Source of the DNA: Paracoccaceae bacterium
Lineage (GTDB): Bacteria; Pseudomonadota; Alphaproteobacteria; Rhodobacterales; Rhodobacteraceae
DNA length: 64,000 nucleotides
NCBI GenBank assembly: GCA_007693835.1
Contig: RECW01000142.1
Location: 36,887 to 100,886, forward strand
Direction: 5' to 3'
Shown: in pieces, positions 8,905-16,967 of the stretch
Numbering within the stretch: the stretch's first letter is position 1
Layout: each line of letters opens with the position of its first letter
Notes under the pieces: model-generated
What the model saw: only the letters and a program-made list of their open reading frames with translations
Databases searched by the model: none
Told to the model about the DNA's origin: nothing
Translations under genes and position numbers: made by a program

Positions 8905-9107
8905 GCGCCGCGCTTCGGCGCTTTCGCGGCGCGGCGCGCCTGTTCGGCGGCGGCGCGCAACTCCTCGGCGATCTCCAGCGCCTCTTCCGGCGTGAAGTCC
9001 ATCGGGATTTCGTGCGCGCCCTGCTCGACGTAGAGGCGCACCATGCCGAGCGTGGTGGGGCCGATCTGCAACGAGGCCCCTTCGTCGCTTTCGCGGTTGA
9101 TGCCCAT
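8901..9107 (-). CDS. Small acidic/helical hypothetical protein (68 aa), translationally coupled to the histidine kinase
   Basis: ORF MGINRESDEGASLQIGPTTLGMVRLYVEQGAHEIPMDFTPEEALEIAEELRAAAEQARRAAKAPKRGA. GC3 is high. Its TGA overlaps the kinase GTG. Confidence 0.6.
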   Translation of the reverse strand: MGINRESDEGASLQIGPTTLGMVRLYVEQGAHEIPMDFTPEEALEIAEELRAAAEQARRAAKAPKRGA

Positions 9108-9214
9108 AGTCAGCCTCGTCTGTTTTCGGAAAGGATCGCGCCGCGCAGGGCCGAAAGCAAGCGCGGAAGCGCCTGCGCTTGACCGGGCTGCGCCGCTCGG
9201 GCACGGGGCGGCGC

Positions 9215-10174
9215 ATGGCGTTGCTTCTCACGGCCATCCTGCCGTTCTTCGCGGTCATCGGGCTCGGCGTGCTGGCGGCGCGGCGGGGGTGGGTGCCGTC
9301 CTCGGCCGCGGCGCCGCTCAACGGCTTCGTGTTCAAGGTGGCGATGCCGGCGCTGCTGATCCGCGCGCTCTGGGCGATGGACGTGCGGGCGGCGCTCGAG
9401 CCGCGCTACCTCGGCGGGTGGCTGGCGGCGAGCCTGATCCTCTACGCCGGCGCCGCCCTGCTGATGCGCGCGGGGTTCGGCGCGGGCGACGGGCCGGGGC
9501 GGAGCGCGGTGCGCGCCCAGGGGTCGAGCATCGGCAACATCGGGTTTCTCGGCATACCCCTCGGCCTCGGCGTGATGGGAGAGGCCGCGGCCGGGCCGCT
9601 CGCCATGAGCCTGCTTGTGGATCTCATGGTGGTGATCCCGGTCTCCATCGCGTGGCTCGAAGGCGCGCGGCCCGGGCCCGACGCACGCGTCTCGCGCCGT
9701 CGCGCGCTCGCGGCGCGGGCGCTCGGTCGGTCGATCAAGAACCCCTTTTTCCTGTCGATCCTCGTCGGGGCCGGGCTTTCGGCCTCCGGGCTCGCGATCC
9801 CCGAGCCGGTGGACCGTCTGCTGACCTTCCTCGGCGCGGCCGCACCGCCCACGGCGCTGTTCTCGCTCGGGCTCTATCTCGCCGCCAACGCGGGCGTGGC
9901 CCGGCTCGCGGAGGCGTCGAGCGTCACGCTGCTGAAGCTCGCGGCCCATCCGGCGCTGGTCTGGGCGATCATGGGGCCGGGTCTCGGGCTCTCGGGGCCG
10001 CCGCTGGCGGCGGCGGTGCTGATCGCGAGCCTGCCCGTCGCCTCCAACGTCTTCGTCATCGCCGCCGAATACGGCGTGGGGGCCAAGCTGGCGGCCGACG
10101 CGGTGACGCTCTCCACCGCCCTCAGCCTCGCCACCATCTCGGCGCTCGCGATCTGGGTGCTGCCGACGCTCTGA
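9215..10174 (+). CDS. AEC (auxin efflux carrier) family membrane transporter
   Basis: Track ORF 9179..10174. I prefer ATG 9215 (MALLLTAILPFFAVIGLG). About 10 TM segments. FVFKVAMPALL and GNIGFLGIPL are typical of this family. Confidence 0.8.
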   Translation: MALLLTAILPFFAVIGLGVLAARRGWVPSSAAAPLNGFVFKVAMPALLIRALWAMDVRAALEPRYLGGWLAASLILYAGAALLMRAGFGAGDGPGRSAVRAQGSSIGNIGFLGIPLGLGVMGEAAAGPLAMSLLVDLMVVIPVSIAWLEGARPGPDARVSRRRALAARALGRSIKNPFFLSILVGAGLSASGLAIPEPVDRLLTFLGAAAPPTALFSLGLYLAANAGVARLAEASSVTLLKLAAHPALVWAIMGPGLGLSGPPLAAAVLIASLPVASNVFVIAAEYGVGAKLAADAVTLSTALSLATISALAIWVLPTL

Positions 10175-10207
10175 GCGCTATACTCTCTGGCGAGGGGGAT
10201 CGCGCAG

Positions 10208-12091
10208 ATGGATGGAAGCGGCAGGCCGGAGCGGGAGCCGAAGCTGATCGGGTCGGACTGGTTCGGCTGGTTCGAACGCCTGATCGACCCCTTCAAGCCC
10301 GCCGCCGAACCTGCGCCGCCGCGGGCGCTCGGGTCTTTCTGGCGCTGGGGGCTGGCGGACGTCCGCGCGCCCCTCGTCGCGCTCGGCGTGCTCTCGCTCG
10401 CGGTCGGGGCGGTCGAGGCGGGCGTGTTCTGGATGATCGGCGCGCTGGTCGACCGCGCCGAGGCGGCGGGGCCGGAAGCCTTCTTCGACGCGGAACGGCC
10501 TTATCTGGCGGTCCTGCTCGTCGCGCTGGTGGTCGTGCGCCCGCTGGCGACGCTGGCGCAGAACGCGCTTTCGTCGCTCGCGCTCGGGCCGGCGCTGCAG
10601 CCGATGACGATCTGGCGCCTCCACCGTCACACCCTCGGGCAGGCGATGCGCTTCTTCGAGGAGGACTTCACCGGACGTCTCGCGCAGAAGCAGATGCAGA
10701 CCGCCAACGCGCTGACCCAGGCGACGCTCGAGACGCTGAACGCGCTGGGGATGATGATCGCCTTCGTCGTGACGATGGTCGCGGCGCTCGCGGCGGCGGA
10801 CTGGCGGCTGGCGCTGATCGCGACGGTGTGGGCCGCGCTCTACGTCGGCGCGCTGTGGGTGACGCTGCCGGTGGTGCGCGCGCGCGCCAAGGCGCGGGCC
10901 GAGGCGCGGGCGGGCGTCACCGGCCGTCTGGTCGACAGCCTGTCGCACATCAAGACCGTGAAGCTCTTCGCCCATGCGACGCGGGAGGAGGAGAGCGCGC
11001 GCCAGGCGCTGACGCGGTTCCGCGACTCGGCCGTGGCCTTCGGCCGGCCCTTGATGGCGATGCGGGTGATGCTCGCGATCCTGAACACCGTCGCCATCGT
11101 CGCGCTGATCGGCCTCGCGCTCTGGCTCTGGACCGAAGGCGCGGCGACGCTCGGCGTGGTCGCGACCGCGGCGATGCTGACGCTGCGCGCGACCGCCATG
11201 TCGAACTGGATCGCCTTCTCGGCCATGACCGTGTTCGGCGAGATCGGCACGGTGGAGGACGGGGCGATCACCCTGTCGCCCGCCCACGGCGTCACGGACC
11301 GGCCCGGCGCGCTGGCGGCGATCGAGCCGCGCGGGCGCATCCGGTTCGAAGGCGTGCGGTTCGCCTACGGGCGGCCCTCGGGCGGCGTCGGCCCGCTCGA
11401 CCTGACCATCGAGCCGGGCGAGAAGGTGGCGCTGGTCGGCCCGTCGGGGGCGGGCAAGTCGACCACCGTGGCCCTGCTGCTCCGGCTCTACGACGTCGAG
11501 GCTGGGCGGATAACCCTCGACGGCGTGGACCTGCGCGACATGACGCAGGACGCGCTGCGCCGCGCCGTGGGCGCGGTGACGCAGGAGACGGCGATCTTCA
11601 ACCGCTCGGCGCTCGACAACATCCTCTACGGCCGCCCGGAGGCGGGGCGCGAGGCGGCGACCATGGCGGCGAAGAAGGCCCGGGCGCACGAGTTCCTCGC
11701 GGGCCTGCGCGACGGGCGGGGGCGGACCGGCTACGACGCGCACCTCGGCGAGCGAGGGGTGAAGCTCTCGGGCGGGCAGCGCCAGCGGGTGGCGCTGGCG
11801 CGGGCGATCCTGAAGGACGCGCCGATCCTCGTGCTCGACGAGGCGACCTCGGCGCTCGACTCGGCGGTCGAGGCCGAGATTCAGGCGGCGCTCCACGACG
11901 TGATGGAGGGCAAGACGGTGCTCGCCATCGCGCATCGGCTGTCGACCATCGCCGAGATGGACCGCATCGTGGTGATGGACGGCGGCCGCGTGGTGGAGCA
12001 GGGGCCGCACGCCCGCCTGCTCGCCGGAGGCGGGCTCTACGCGGCGCTCTGGGCGCGGCAGTCGGGCGGGTTCATCGGCGCGGACGCCTGA
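10208..12091 (+). CDS. ABC exporter, fused permease/ATPase
   Basis: 627 aa. N-terminal 6-TM domain. Walker A GPSGAGKST, signature LSGGQRQR, Walker B ILVLDEATS, H-loop AIAHRL. Confidence 0.9.
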   Translation: MDGSGRPEREPKLIGSDWFGWFERLIDPFKPAAEPAPPRALGSFWRWGLADVRAPLVALGVLSLAVGAVEAGVFWMIGALVDRAEAAGPEAFFDAERPYLAVLLVALVVVRPLATLAQNALSSLALGPALQPMTIWRLHRHTLGQAMRFFEEDFTGRLAQKQMQTANALTQATLETLNALGMMIAFVVTMVAALAAADWRLALIATVWAALYVGALWVTLPVVRARAKARAEARAGVTGRLVDSLSHIKTVKLFAHATREEESARQALTRFRDSAVAFGRPLMAMRVMLAILNTVAIVALIGLALWLWTEGAATLGVVATAAMLTLRATAMSNWIAFSAMTVFGEIGTVEDGAITLSPAHGVTDRPGALAAIEPRGRIRFEGVRFAYGRPSGGVGPLDLTIEPGEKVALVGPSGAGKSTTVALLLRLYDVEAGRITLDGVDLRDMTQDALRRAVGAVTQETAIFNRSALDNILYGRPEAGREAATMAAKKARAHEFLAGLRDGRGRTGYDAHLGERGVKLSGGQRQRVALARAILKDAPILVLDEATSALDSAVEAEIQAALHDVMEGKTVLAIAHRLSTIAEMDRIVVMDGGRVVEQGPHARLLAGGGLYAALWARQSGGFIGADA

Positions 12092-12107
12092 GGCGGCGCG
12101 CCTCAGG
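12087..12107. terminator. GC-rich hairpin between convergent genes (9-bp stem, 3-nt loop); possible bidirectional terminator, no U-tract
   Basis: CCTGAGGCG-gcg-CGCCTCAGG at 12087-12107. It overlaps the stop codon of the ABC exporter and lies 16 nt from the ilvE stop. Confidence 0.35.
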
Positions 12108-12122
12108 AGCCACACTGCGCGG

Positions 12123-12995
12123 TCAGGCGCGGACGTGGGCCTCGTAGGCCGTCACCATGTCGCGGGTCAGCGCGCCGACTTCGAAGCGGTAGGGGCCGAT
12201 CTCGGCGACCGGCGTCACCTCGGCGGCCGTGCCGGTGAGGAAGGCCTGCTCGAAACCCTCCATCTCGCCGGGCTCGATGTGGCGCTCGTGGACGGCGACG
12301 CCCCTGTCCTTCAGCAGTCCGATCACCGTCTGGCGCGTCAGGCCGTTCAGGAAGCAGTCGGGCTTCGGCGTGTGGATCGCGCCGTCCTTGACGAAGAAGA
12401 TGTTGGCGCCGGTCGCCTCGGCCACATAGCCGCGGTAGTCCATCATCAGCGCGTCGGAGCAGCCCTTCGCCTCGGCGGCGTGCTTCGACAGGGTGCAGAT
12501 CATGTAGAGGCCGGCCGCCTTGGCGAAGCAGGGGATGGTCTCGGGCGAGGGCCGCTTCCACTGGGCGACGTCGAGCTTGGCGCCCTTCATCTTGGCGTCG
12601 CCGTAGTAGGCGCCCCAGTCCCATGCGGCGATCGCGAGGTGGATGGTGTTGTTCTGCGCCGAGACCCCCATCTGCTCCGACCCGCGCCACGCCACCGGGC
12701 GGATGTAGGCGTCCGACAGCCCGTTCTTCGCCATCACCTCGAGCTTCAGGCGGTCGATCTCGGCCACCGACCACGGGATCTCGAAGCCGAGGGCGCCGGC
12801 GGAGTAGTGGAGCCGCTCGGAGTGCTCGGTCGACTTGAAGATTTTCCCACCGTAGGCGCGCTCGCCCTCGAACACCGAGGAGGCGTAGTGCAGCGCATGG
12901 GTCAGCACATGGACCTTCGCCTCGCGCCACGGCGTGAACACGCCGTCCATCCAGATCCAGCCGTCGCGGTCGTCGTAGGCGGGCGTCGCGCTCAT
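12123..12995 (-). CDS. ilvE: Branched-chain amino acid aminotransferase (class IV)
   Basis: Part of track ORF 12123..13100(-); ATG 12995 (MSATPAYDDRDGWIWMDG). Blocks HALHYASSVFEGERAY, YIRPVAWRG and FLTGTAAEVTPV. Confidence 0.9.
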   Translation of the reverse strand: MSATPAYDDRDGWIWMDGVFTPWREAKVHVLTHALHYASSVFEGERAYGGKIFKSTEHSERLHYSAGALGFEIPWSVAEIDRLKLEVMAKNGLSDAYIRPVAWRGSEQMGVSAQNNTIHLAIAAWDWGAYYGDAKMKGAKLDVAQWKRPSPETIPCFAKAAGLYMICTLSKHAAEAKGCSDALMMDYRGYVAEATGANIFFVKDGAIHTPKPDCFLNGLTRQTVIGLLKDRGVAVHERHIEPGEMEGFEQAFLTGTAAEVTPVAEIGPYRFEVGALTRDMVTAYEAHVRA

Positions 12996-13114
12996 CGCCG
13001 TGTCCTCCGGGGCCTCTCGGCAGGGCCCGTTTCGTGTTGTTTCACCAGAACGGCTTTCGGCGACAGGATGTGACTCGAAAGCTTGCGCGGTGCGTAACAT
13101 CGCGCTAGGGATGC

Positions 13115-13129
13115 GTCAACGCCGCTGAC
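13115..13129. promoter_or_regulatory. Inverted repeat GTCA-N7-TGAC 19 nt upstream of the MarR-family gene; candidate autoregulatory operator
   Basis: gtcaacgccgctgac at 13115-13129, in the 152-bp divergent ilvE/MarR intergenic region. Confidence 0.25.
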
Positions 13130-13147
13130 ATAGTTCGTGAAAGCGCC

Positions 13148-13687
13148 ATGACGGAACGCCGCTTCCCCCCGCTCGGCCCGCCCCGCCCGGCGCGCAGCGA
13201 CCAGCTGCTCTACCTGACCGACGAGCAGCTGCGGCAGGGCATCGAGCTGATGTTCTTCGCCTACCGCGACTTCACCGCCGACCCCGACCGCATCCTCGAC
13301 GCCTACGGCTACGGCCGCGCGCACCACCGGGCGATCCACTTCATCAAGCGCCGCCCCGGCGTGACGGTGCAGGGGCTGCTCGACACGCTGCGCGTCACCA
13401 AGCAGTCGCTGAACCGGGTGCTGCGGCAGCTGATCGATGACGGCATGGTCGAGAGCCGGGTGGGGCGCGAGGACCGCCGCCAGCGCAATCTCTCGCTGTC
13501 GGAGAAGGGCGCGGCGCTGGAGGCGCGGCTCTCGGAGGCGCAGCGCGCGCGGGTGCGGCGCGCCTACTCCGAAGCGGGGCCGGACGCGGTGGCGGGCTTC
13601 CGCCGGGTGCTCGAGCGCATGATCGACCCCGAGGCGCGCGACGGCGTGATCGGCTTCGTCGACGGCCGCCGCCGGGCGCAGGGCTGA
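13148..13687 (+). CDS. MarR-family transcriptional regulator (PetP-like)
   Basis: 179 aa. Winged-helix block VTVQGLLDTLRVTKQSLNRVLRQLIDDGMV...DRRQRNLSLSEKG. It lies immediately upstream of an OmpR-family regulator, as in Rhodobacter petP-petR. Confidence 0.8.
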   Translation: MTERRFPPLGPPRPARSDQLLYLTDEQLRQGIELMFFAYRDFTADPDRILDAYGYGRAHHRAIHFIKRRPGVTVQGLLDTLRVTKQSLNRVLRQLIDDGMVESRVGREDRRQRNLSLSEKGAALEARLSEAQRARVRRAYSEAGPDAVAGFRRVLERMIDPEARDGVIGFVDGRRRAQG

Positions 13688-13695
13688 GGCCGGCC

Positions 13696-14406
13696 GTGGC
13701 GGCCGAGGACGACAAGCCCCACGTGCTGGTCGTCGACGACGACGCGCGCATCCGCGCGTTGCTCAACCGCTATCTCAGCCGCAACGGCCATCGGGTGACG
13801 GAGGCGCAGGACGCCGCCCAGGCGCGGCGCCTGATCGCGAGCCTCAGCTTCGACGTCATGGTGGTCGACGTCATGATGCCGGGCGAGGACGGCTTGTCCT
13901 TCACGCGCGCCGTGCGGCCCACCGTCGACACGCCCGTGCTGATGCTGACGGCGCGGGGCGACACCGAGGACCGGATCAAGGGGCTGGAGAGCGGGGCCGA
14001 CGACTATCTCGCGAAGCCCTTCGAGCCACGCGAACTGCTGCTGCGCATCGCCGCGATCCTGCGCCGCGCCGTCCCGCGCGAGGCGCCGCCCGAGGCGCCG
14101 AAGACGATCACGCTGGGGCCGTTGCGCTACGATATGCGCCGCGGCGAGCTCTGGCGCGGCGGCGAGCCCGTGCGCCTGACCGGCAACGAAAGCGCGCTGA
14201 TGCGGGCGCTGTCGGCGGCGGCGAACACGCCCGTCAGCCGCAGCGACCTGGTGGCGGAGCTCGGCGGCGAGGAGGGTCCGGCCAACGAGCGCGCCGTCGA
14301 CGTGCAGATCACGCGGCTGCGCCGCAAGCTCGGCGACGATCCGCGCGCGCCGCGCTATCTGCAGACCGTGCGCGGCGAAGGCTACATGCTGACGCCGGAC
14401 GGCTGA
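13696..14406 (+). CDS. OmpR/PhoB-family response regulator (PetR/CenR-like)
   Basis: GTG start. Receiver residues in VLVVDDD, VVDVMMPGEDG and LAKPF. C-terminal wHTH ends in YLQTVRGEGYML. Confidence 0.85.
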   Translation: MAAEDDKPHVLVVDDDARIRALLNRYLSRNGHRVTEAQDAAQARRLIASLSFDVMVVDVMMPGEDGLSFTRAVRPTVDTPVLMLTARGDTEDRIKGLESGADDYLAKPFEPRELLLRIAAILRRAVPREAPPEAPKTITLGPLRYDMRRGELWRGGEPVRLTGNESALMRALSAAANTPVSRSDLVAELGGEEGPANERAVDVQITRLRRKLGDDPRAPRYLQTVRGEGYMLTPDG

Positions 14407-14423
14407 GCGCTGGAGGAAATGTC

Positions 14424-14500
14424 TGGTCGGGGCGGCGAGATTCGAACTCGCGGCCTCCGGTACCCAAAACCGGCGCGCTACCAGACTGCGCCACGCCCCG
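14424..14500 (-). tRNA. tRNA-Pro (anticodon UGG)
   Basis: The reverse complement folds as a cloverleaf: CGGGGCG-TG-GCGC-AGTCTGGTA-GCGC-G-CCGGT-TTTGGGT-ACCGG-AGGCC-GCGAG-TTCGAAT-CTCGC-CGCCCCG-A-CCA. 77 nt with an encoded CCA. Confidence 0.92.
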
Positions 14501-14602
14501 ACCGACGCCCACATAGCGACCCCTGCGCCGCGCGCGCAAGCGGCGATGGCGCGATGCGGCGCGGCGGCCTATGTGTCGGGGGTGATGCGAAGGAGACGGC
14601 CC

Positions 14603-14779
14603 ATGACCGACGACGCGAAGGCGCGCCGCCTCGCCGAAGCCGCCGCGCGCGCGCTCGCCGAGGCCGCGGCGCGGCGGACCCCGGAGCCTGAACGGCCGAG
14701 GGAGCTTGGCGGGCGCGACGGTCCCGAACCCACGCGGTTCGGCGACTGGGAGAAGAACGGCGTGATCTCGGATTTCTGA
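14603..14779 (+). CDS. DUF1674 / SDHAF4-like small protein
   Basis: Part of track ORF 14546..14779. ATG 14603 follows GAAGGAG. The C-terminus ELGGRDGPEPTRFGDWEKNGVISDF is the DUF1674 signature. Confidence 0.75.
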   Translation: MTDDAKARRLAEAAARALAEAAARRTPEPERPRELGGRDGPEPTRFGDWEKNGVISDF

Positions 14780-15397
14780 ATGTCCGCCGGCGACGCCGCG
14801 TTCGACGCGGCCTTCTACGACGATCTCGACGGGACGCTCGCAGAGCTGTGGGCCCAGTTGGCGCGCGGCGCCGCGGACCGCAGGTCCGGCTTCCATACGG
14901 TGCAGGTGGCGACGGCGGCGCGCGACGGCGGGGCGCGGGTGCGGACTGTGGTGCTGCGCGGCGTGGACAGGGCGGGGGGCACGATCCGCTTCCACACCGA
15001 CGCGCGTTCGGAGAAATGCGCCGACATCGTCGCCGAGCCGCGCATCGAGGTCTGCGCCTACGACGGGCGCGCGAAGATTCAGGTGCGCTTGCGCGGACGC
15101 GCGACCGTCGAGGCGGGTGACGCCGCGGCGTCGGCGTGGGCTGCGACCCGCCCGCCCTCGCGCGTTTGCTATCGGACCCCTTTCGCGCCGGGGTCTCGCC
15201 TCGACAGTCCCGGTGCGGCAGATCCCGGCCCGGGCGCGCGCGACCCCGTCGATGCGGAAGCCGGCCGCGCCAACTTCCGCGCGGTGCTGGTCAGGGTCGA
15301 AAGCATCGACTGGCTCTATCTCGCCGCCCGGGGCCACCGCCGGGCGCGCTTCGCCTGCGATGGAAGGGGCTGGAGCGGCGTCTGGCTCGCCCCATGA
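14780..15397 (+). CDS. Pyridoxamine 5'-phosphate oxidase-like FMN-binding family protein
   Basis: 205 aa. The ATG directly abuts the upstream TGA (tgaatg). Split-barrel-like blocks RTVVLRGVD...IRFHTDARSEK and WLYLAARGHRRARF. Confidence 0.7.
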   Translation: MSAGDAAFDAAFYDDLDGTLAELWAQLARGAADRRSGFHTVQVATAARDGGARVRTVVLRGVDRAGGTIRFHTDARSEKCADIVAEPRIEVCAYDGRAKIQVRLRGRATVEAGDAAASAWAATRPPSRVCYRTPFAPGSRLDSPGAADPGPGARDPVDAEAGRANFRAVLVRVESIDWLYLAARGHRRARFACDGRGWSGVWLAP

Positions 15398-15403
15398 CGT
15401 GCG

Positions 15404-15592
15404 TCAGCGCCGATAGTTCTCAGGATTGAGCGCCTCGAAGGCGAAAGCCCAGTAGGCCTGCCACGGGGCCGTCCAGAGGATCGAGATGTTCTCGAGCGTG
15501 CGGTCGCAGGGTTCGGCGAAACTCCATGCGCTGTTCGCGTGCGAACGGGCGGTCGAAGCTTCGCGAACGATTGGGGCAGGCGCGCAGGGCAT
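15404..15592 (-). CDS. Small Trp/Cys-containing hypothetical protein (62 aa)
   Basis: ATG 15592 is preceded by AGGAGG with a 7-nt spacer. GC3 is moderately high. No family recognised. Confidence 0.4.
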   Translation of the reverse strand: MPCAPAPIVREASTARSHANSAWSFAEPCDRTLENISILWTAPWQAYWAFAFEALNPENYRR

Positions 15593-15711
15593 GGGCGATC
15601 CTCCTGACTCGGCGTCTTTGTGACGACTTCAAGTCAAAGGCTAAGCGAAAATCATCAAGAGTCCATTAGCCCTTGGTTCATGAAACCGGTTCACCGACCA
15701 ATAGGTGTATC

Positions 15712-16932
15712 TCAGGCGAAGAGTTCGCGGCAAAGTTGTAGAGCGTCGACAAGCGCGTCCACTTCTTCGGTGGTGTTGTAGAGGCCGAAGGAGGCGCGGC
15801 AGGTGGCGTTGACGCCGAGGTGGCGCATCAGCGGCTGGGCGCAGTGGTGGCCGGCGCGCACGGCGACGCCCTTGCGGTCGACGATGGTCGAGATGTCGTG
15901 CGGGTGCGCGGCGCCGGCCATCGAGATCGAGAAGATCGCGCCTTTCGTCTCCGAGTCGCCATGCACCGTCAGCCAGTTCAGCCCGCCGAGCTTCGCGCGG
16001 GCGTAGTCGCGGAGCGTGCGCTCGTGGGCGGCGATCGCGTCCATTCCGAGGCTTTCGAGGTAGTCGATGGCGGCGCCGAGGCCGATCATCTGCACGATGC
16101 CCGGCGTGCCGGCTTCGAACTTGTGCGGCGGGTCGTTGTAGGTGACGGCCTCCTTGGTCACCTCGCGGATCATGTCGCCGCCGCCGAGGAAGGGCCGCAT
16201 CTCCGCATGACGCCCGCGCCGTGCATAAAGCGCGCCGGAGGCGGAAGGCCCATAGAGCTTGTGGCCGGTGACGACGTAGAAGTCGCAGCCGATCTCCGCC
16301 ACGTTCACCGGCATGTGGACGGCGGCCTGGCTGCCGTCGAGCAGCGTCGCGACGCCCCGCTCGCGCGCCGCGGCGCAGATCGTCTTCACGTCGACCACGG
16401 TGCCGAGCACGTTCGACATGTGGGTGAGCGCGACGAGCTTCGTGCGCGGCCCGATCGCGTCGATCACCGCCTGCGGGTCGAGGTCGCCCCGCGCGTCGAC
16501 GTCGACCCACTTCAGCACCGCGCCGTGGCGTTCGCGCAGGAAGTGCCACGGCACGATGTTGGCGTGGTGCTCCATGACCGAGAGCACGATCTCGTCGCCG
16601 GGCTCGATGCGCGGTTCGGCCCAGGCGTGGGAGACGAGGTTGATCCCGAAAGTCGCGCCCGGCGTGAACCAGATCTCGTCCTCGTGCTCGGCCCCGAGGA
16701 AGCGGGCGAGCTTGCCGCGCACCGCCTCGTAGCGCTCGGTGGCGAGGTTCGAGAGGTAGTGCAGGCCGCGGTGGACGTTGGCGTATTCCTCGGCATAGGC
16801 GCGGGTCACCGCGTCGATCACCGCCTGCGGCTTCTGCGCGGACGCCCCGTTGTCGAGGTAGACCAGCGGTTTGCCGTGGACCGTGCGCGACAGGATGGGA
16901 AAGTCCCGCCGGATCGCCTGAACGTCGTACAT
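15712..16932 (-). CDS. sufS: Cysteine desulfurase SufS (group II)
   Basis: Part of track ORF 15712..17424(-); ATG 16932 (MYDVQAIRRDFPIL). PLP-Lys in TGHKLYGPSASG. Catalytic Cys in RAGHHCAQP. Confidence 0.92.
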   Translation of the reverse strand: MYDVQAIRRDFPILSRTVHGKPLVYLDNGASAQKPQAVIDAVTRAYAEEYANVHRGLHYLSNLATERYEAVRGKLARFLGAEHEDEIWFTPGATFGINLVSHAWAEPRIEPGDEIVLSVMEHHANIVPWHFLRERHGAVLKWVDVDARGDLDPQAVIDAIGPRTKLVALTHMSNVLGTVVDVKTICAAARERGVATLLDGSQAAVHMPVNVAEIGCDFYVVTGHKLYGPSASGALYARRGRHAEMRPFLGGGDMIREVTKEAVTYNDPPHKFEAGTPGIVQMIGLGAAIDYLESLGMDAIAAHERTLRDYARAKLGGLNWLTVHGDSETKGAIFSISMAGAAHPHDISTIVDRKGVAVRAGHHCAQPLMRHLGVNATCRASFGLYNTTEEVDALVDALQLCRELFA

Positions 16933-16967
16933 GGCTGGCGCCCTTGTGGTCTCCGGGAATCGGGGCC

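Noticed and set aside
9188-9196. Third copy of the CTGCGCCGC core upstream of the AEC transporter, plus the GCGCCGCAAAT variant at 3436-3446
   Set aside because: The 9-mer is pure high-GC sequence that recurs many times inside genes by chance. Without the ACAAAT tail it carries no information. The 3436-3446 variant lacks one base and the CTGC arm. It is mentioned only as a weak relative in the motif finding.
7642-9336. 564-aa version of the histidine kinase
   Set aside because: The N-terminal 144 residues overlap the well-formed 68-aa ORF (8901-9107) in another frame and are low-complexity. The GTG at 8904 with its GTGA coupling gives a sensible 420-aa kinase.
14424-14500. tRNA-Pro as the attachment site of a genomic island
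   Set aside because: There is no integrase, no direct repeat of the tRNA 3' end and no compositional shift on either side. The flanking genes are conserved housekeeping types.
15676-15692. Alphaproteobacterial LexA box (GTTC-N7-GTTC) in the AT-rich spacer after sufS
   Set aside because: The two GTTC repeats are separated by 9 nt, not 7, so they do not fit the known direct-repeat SOS box.
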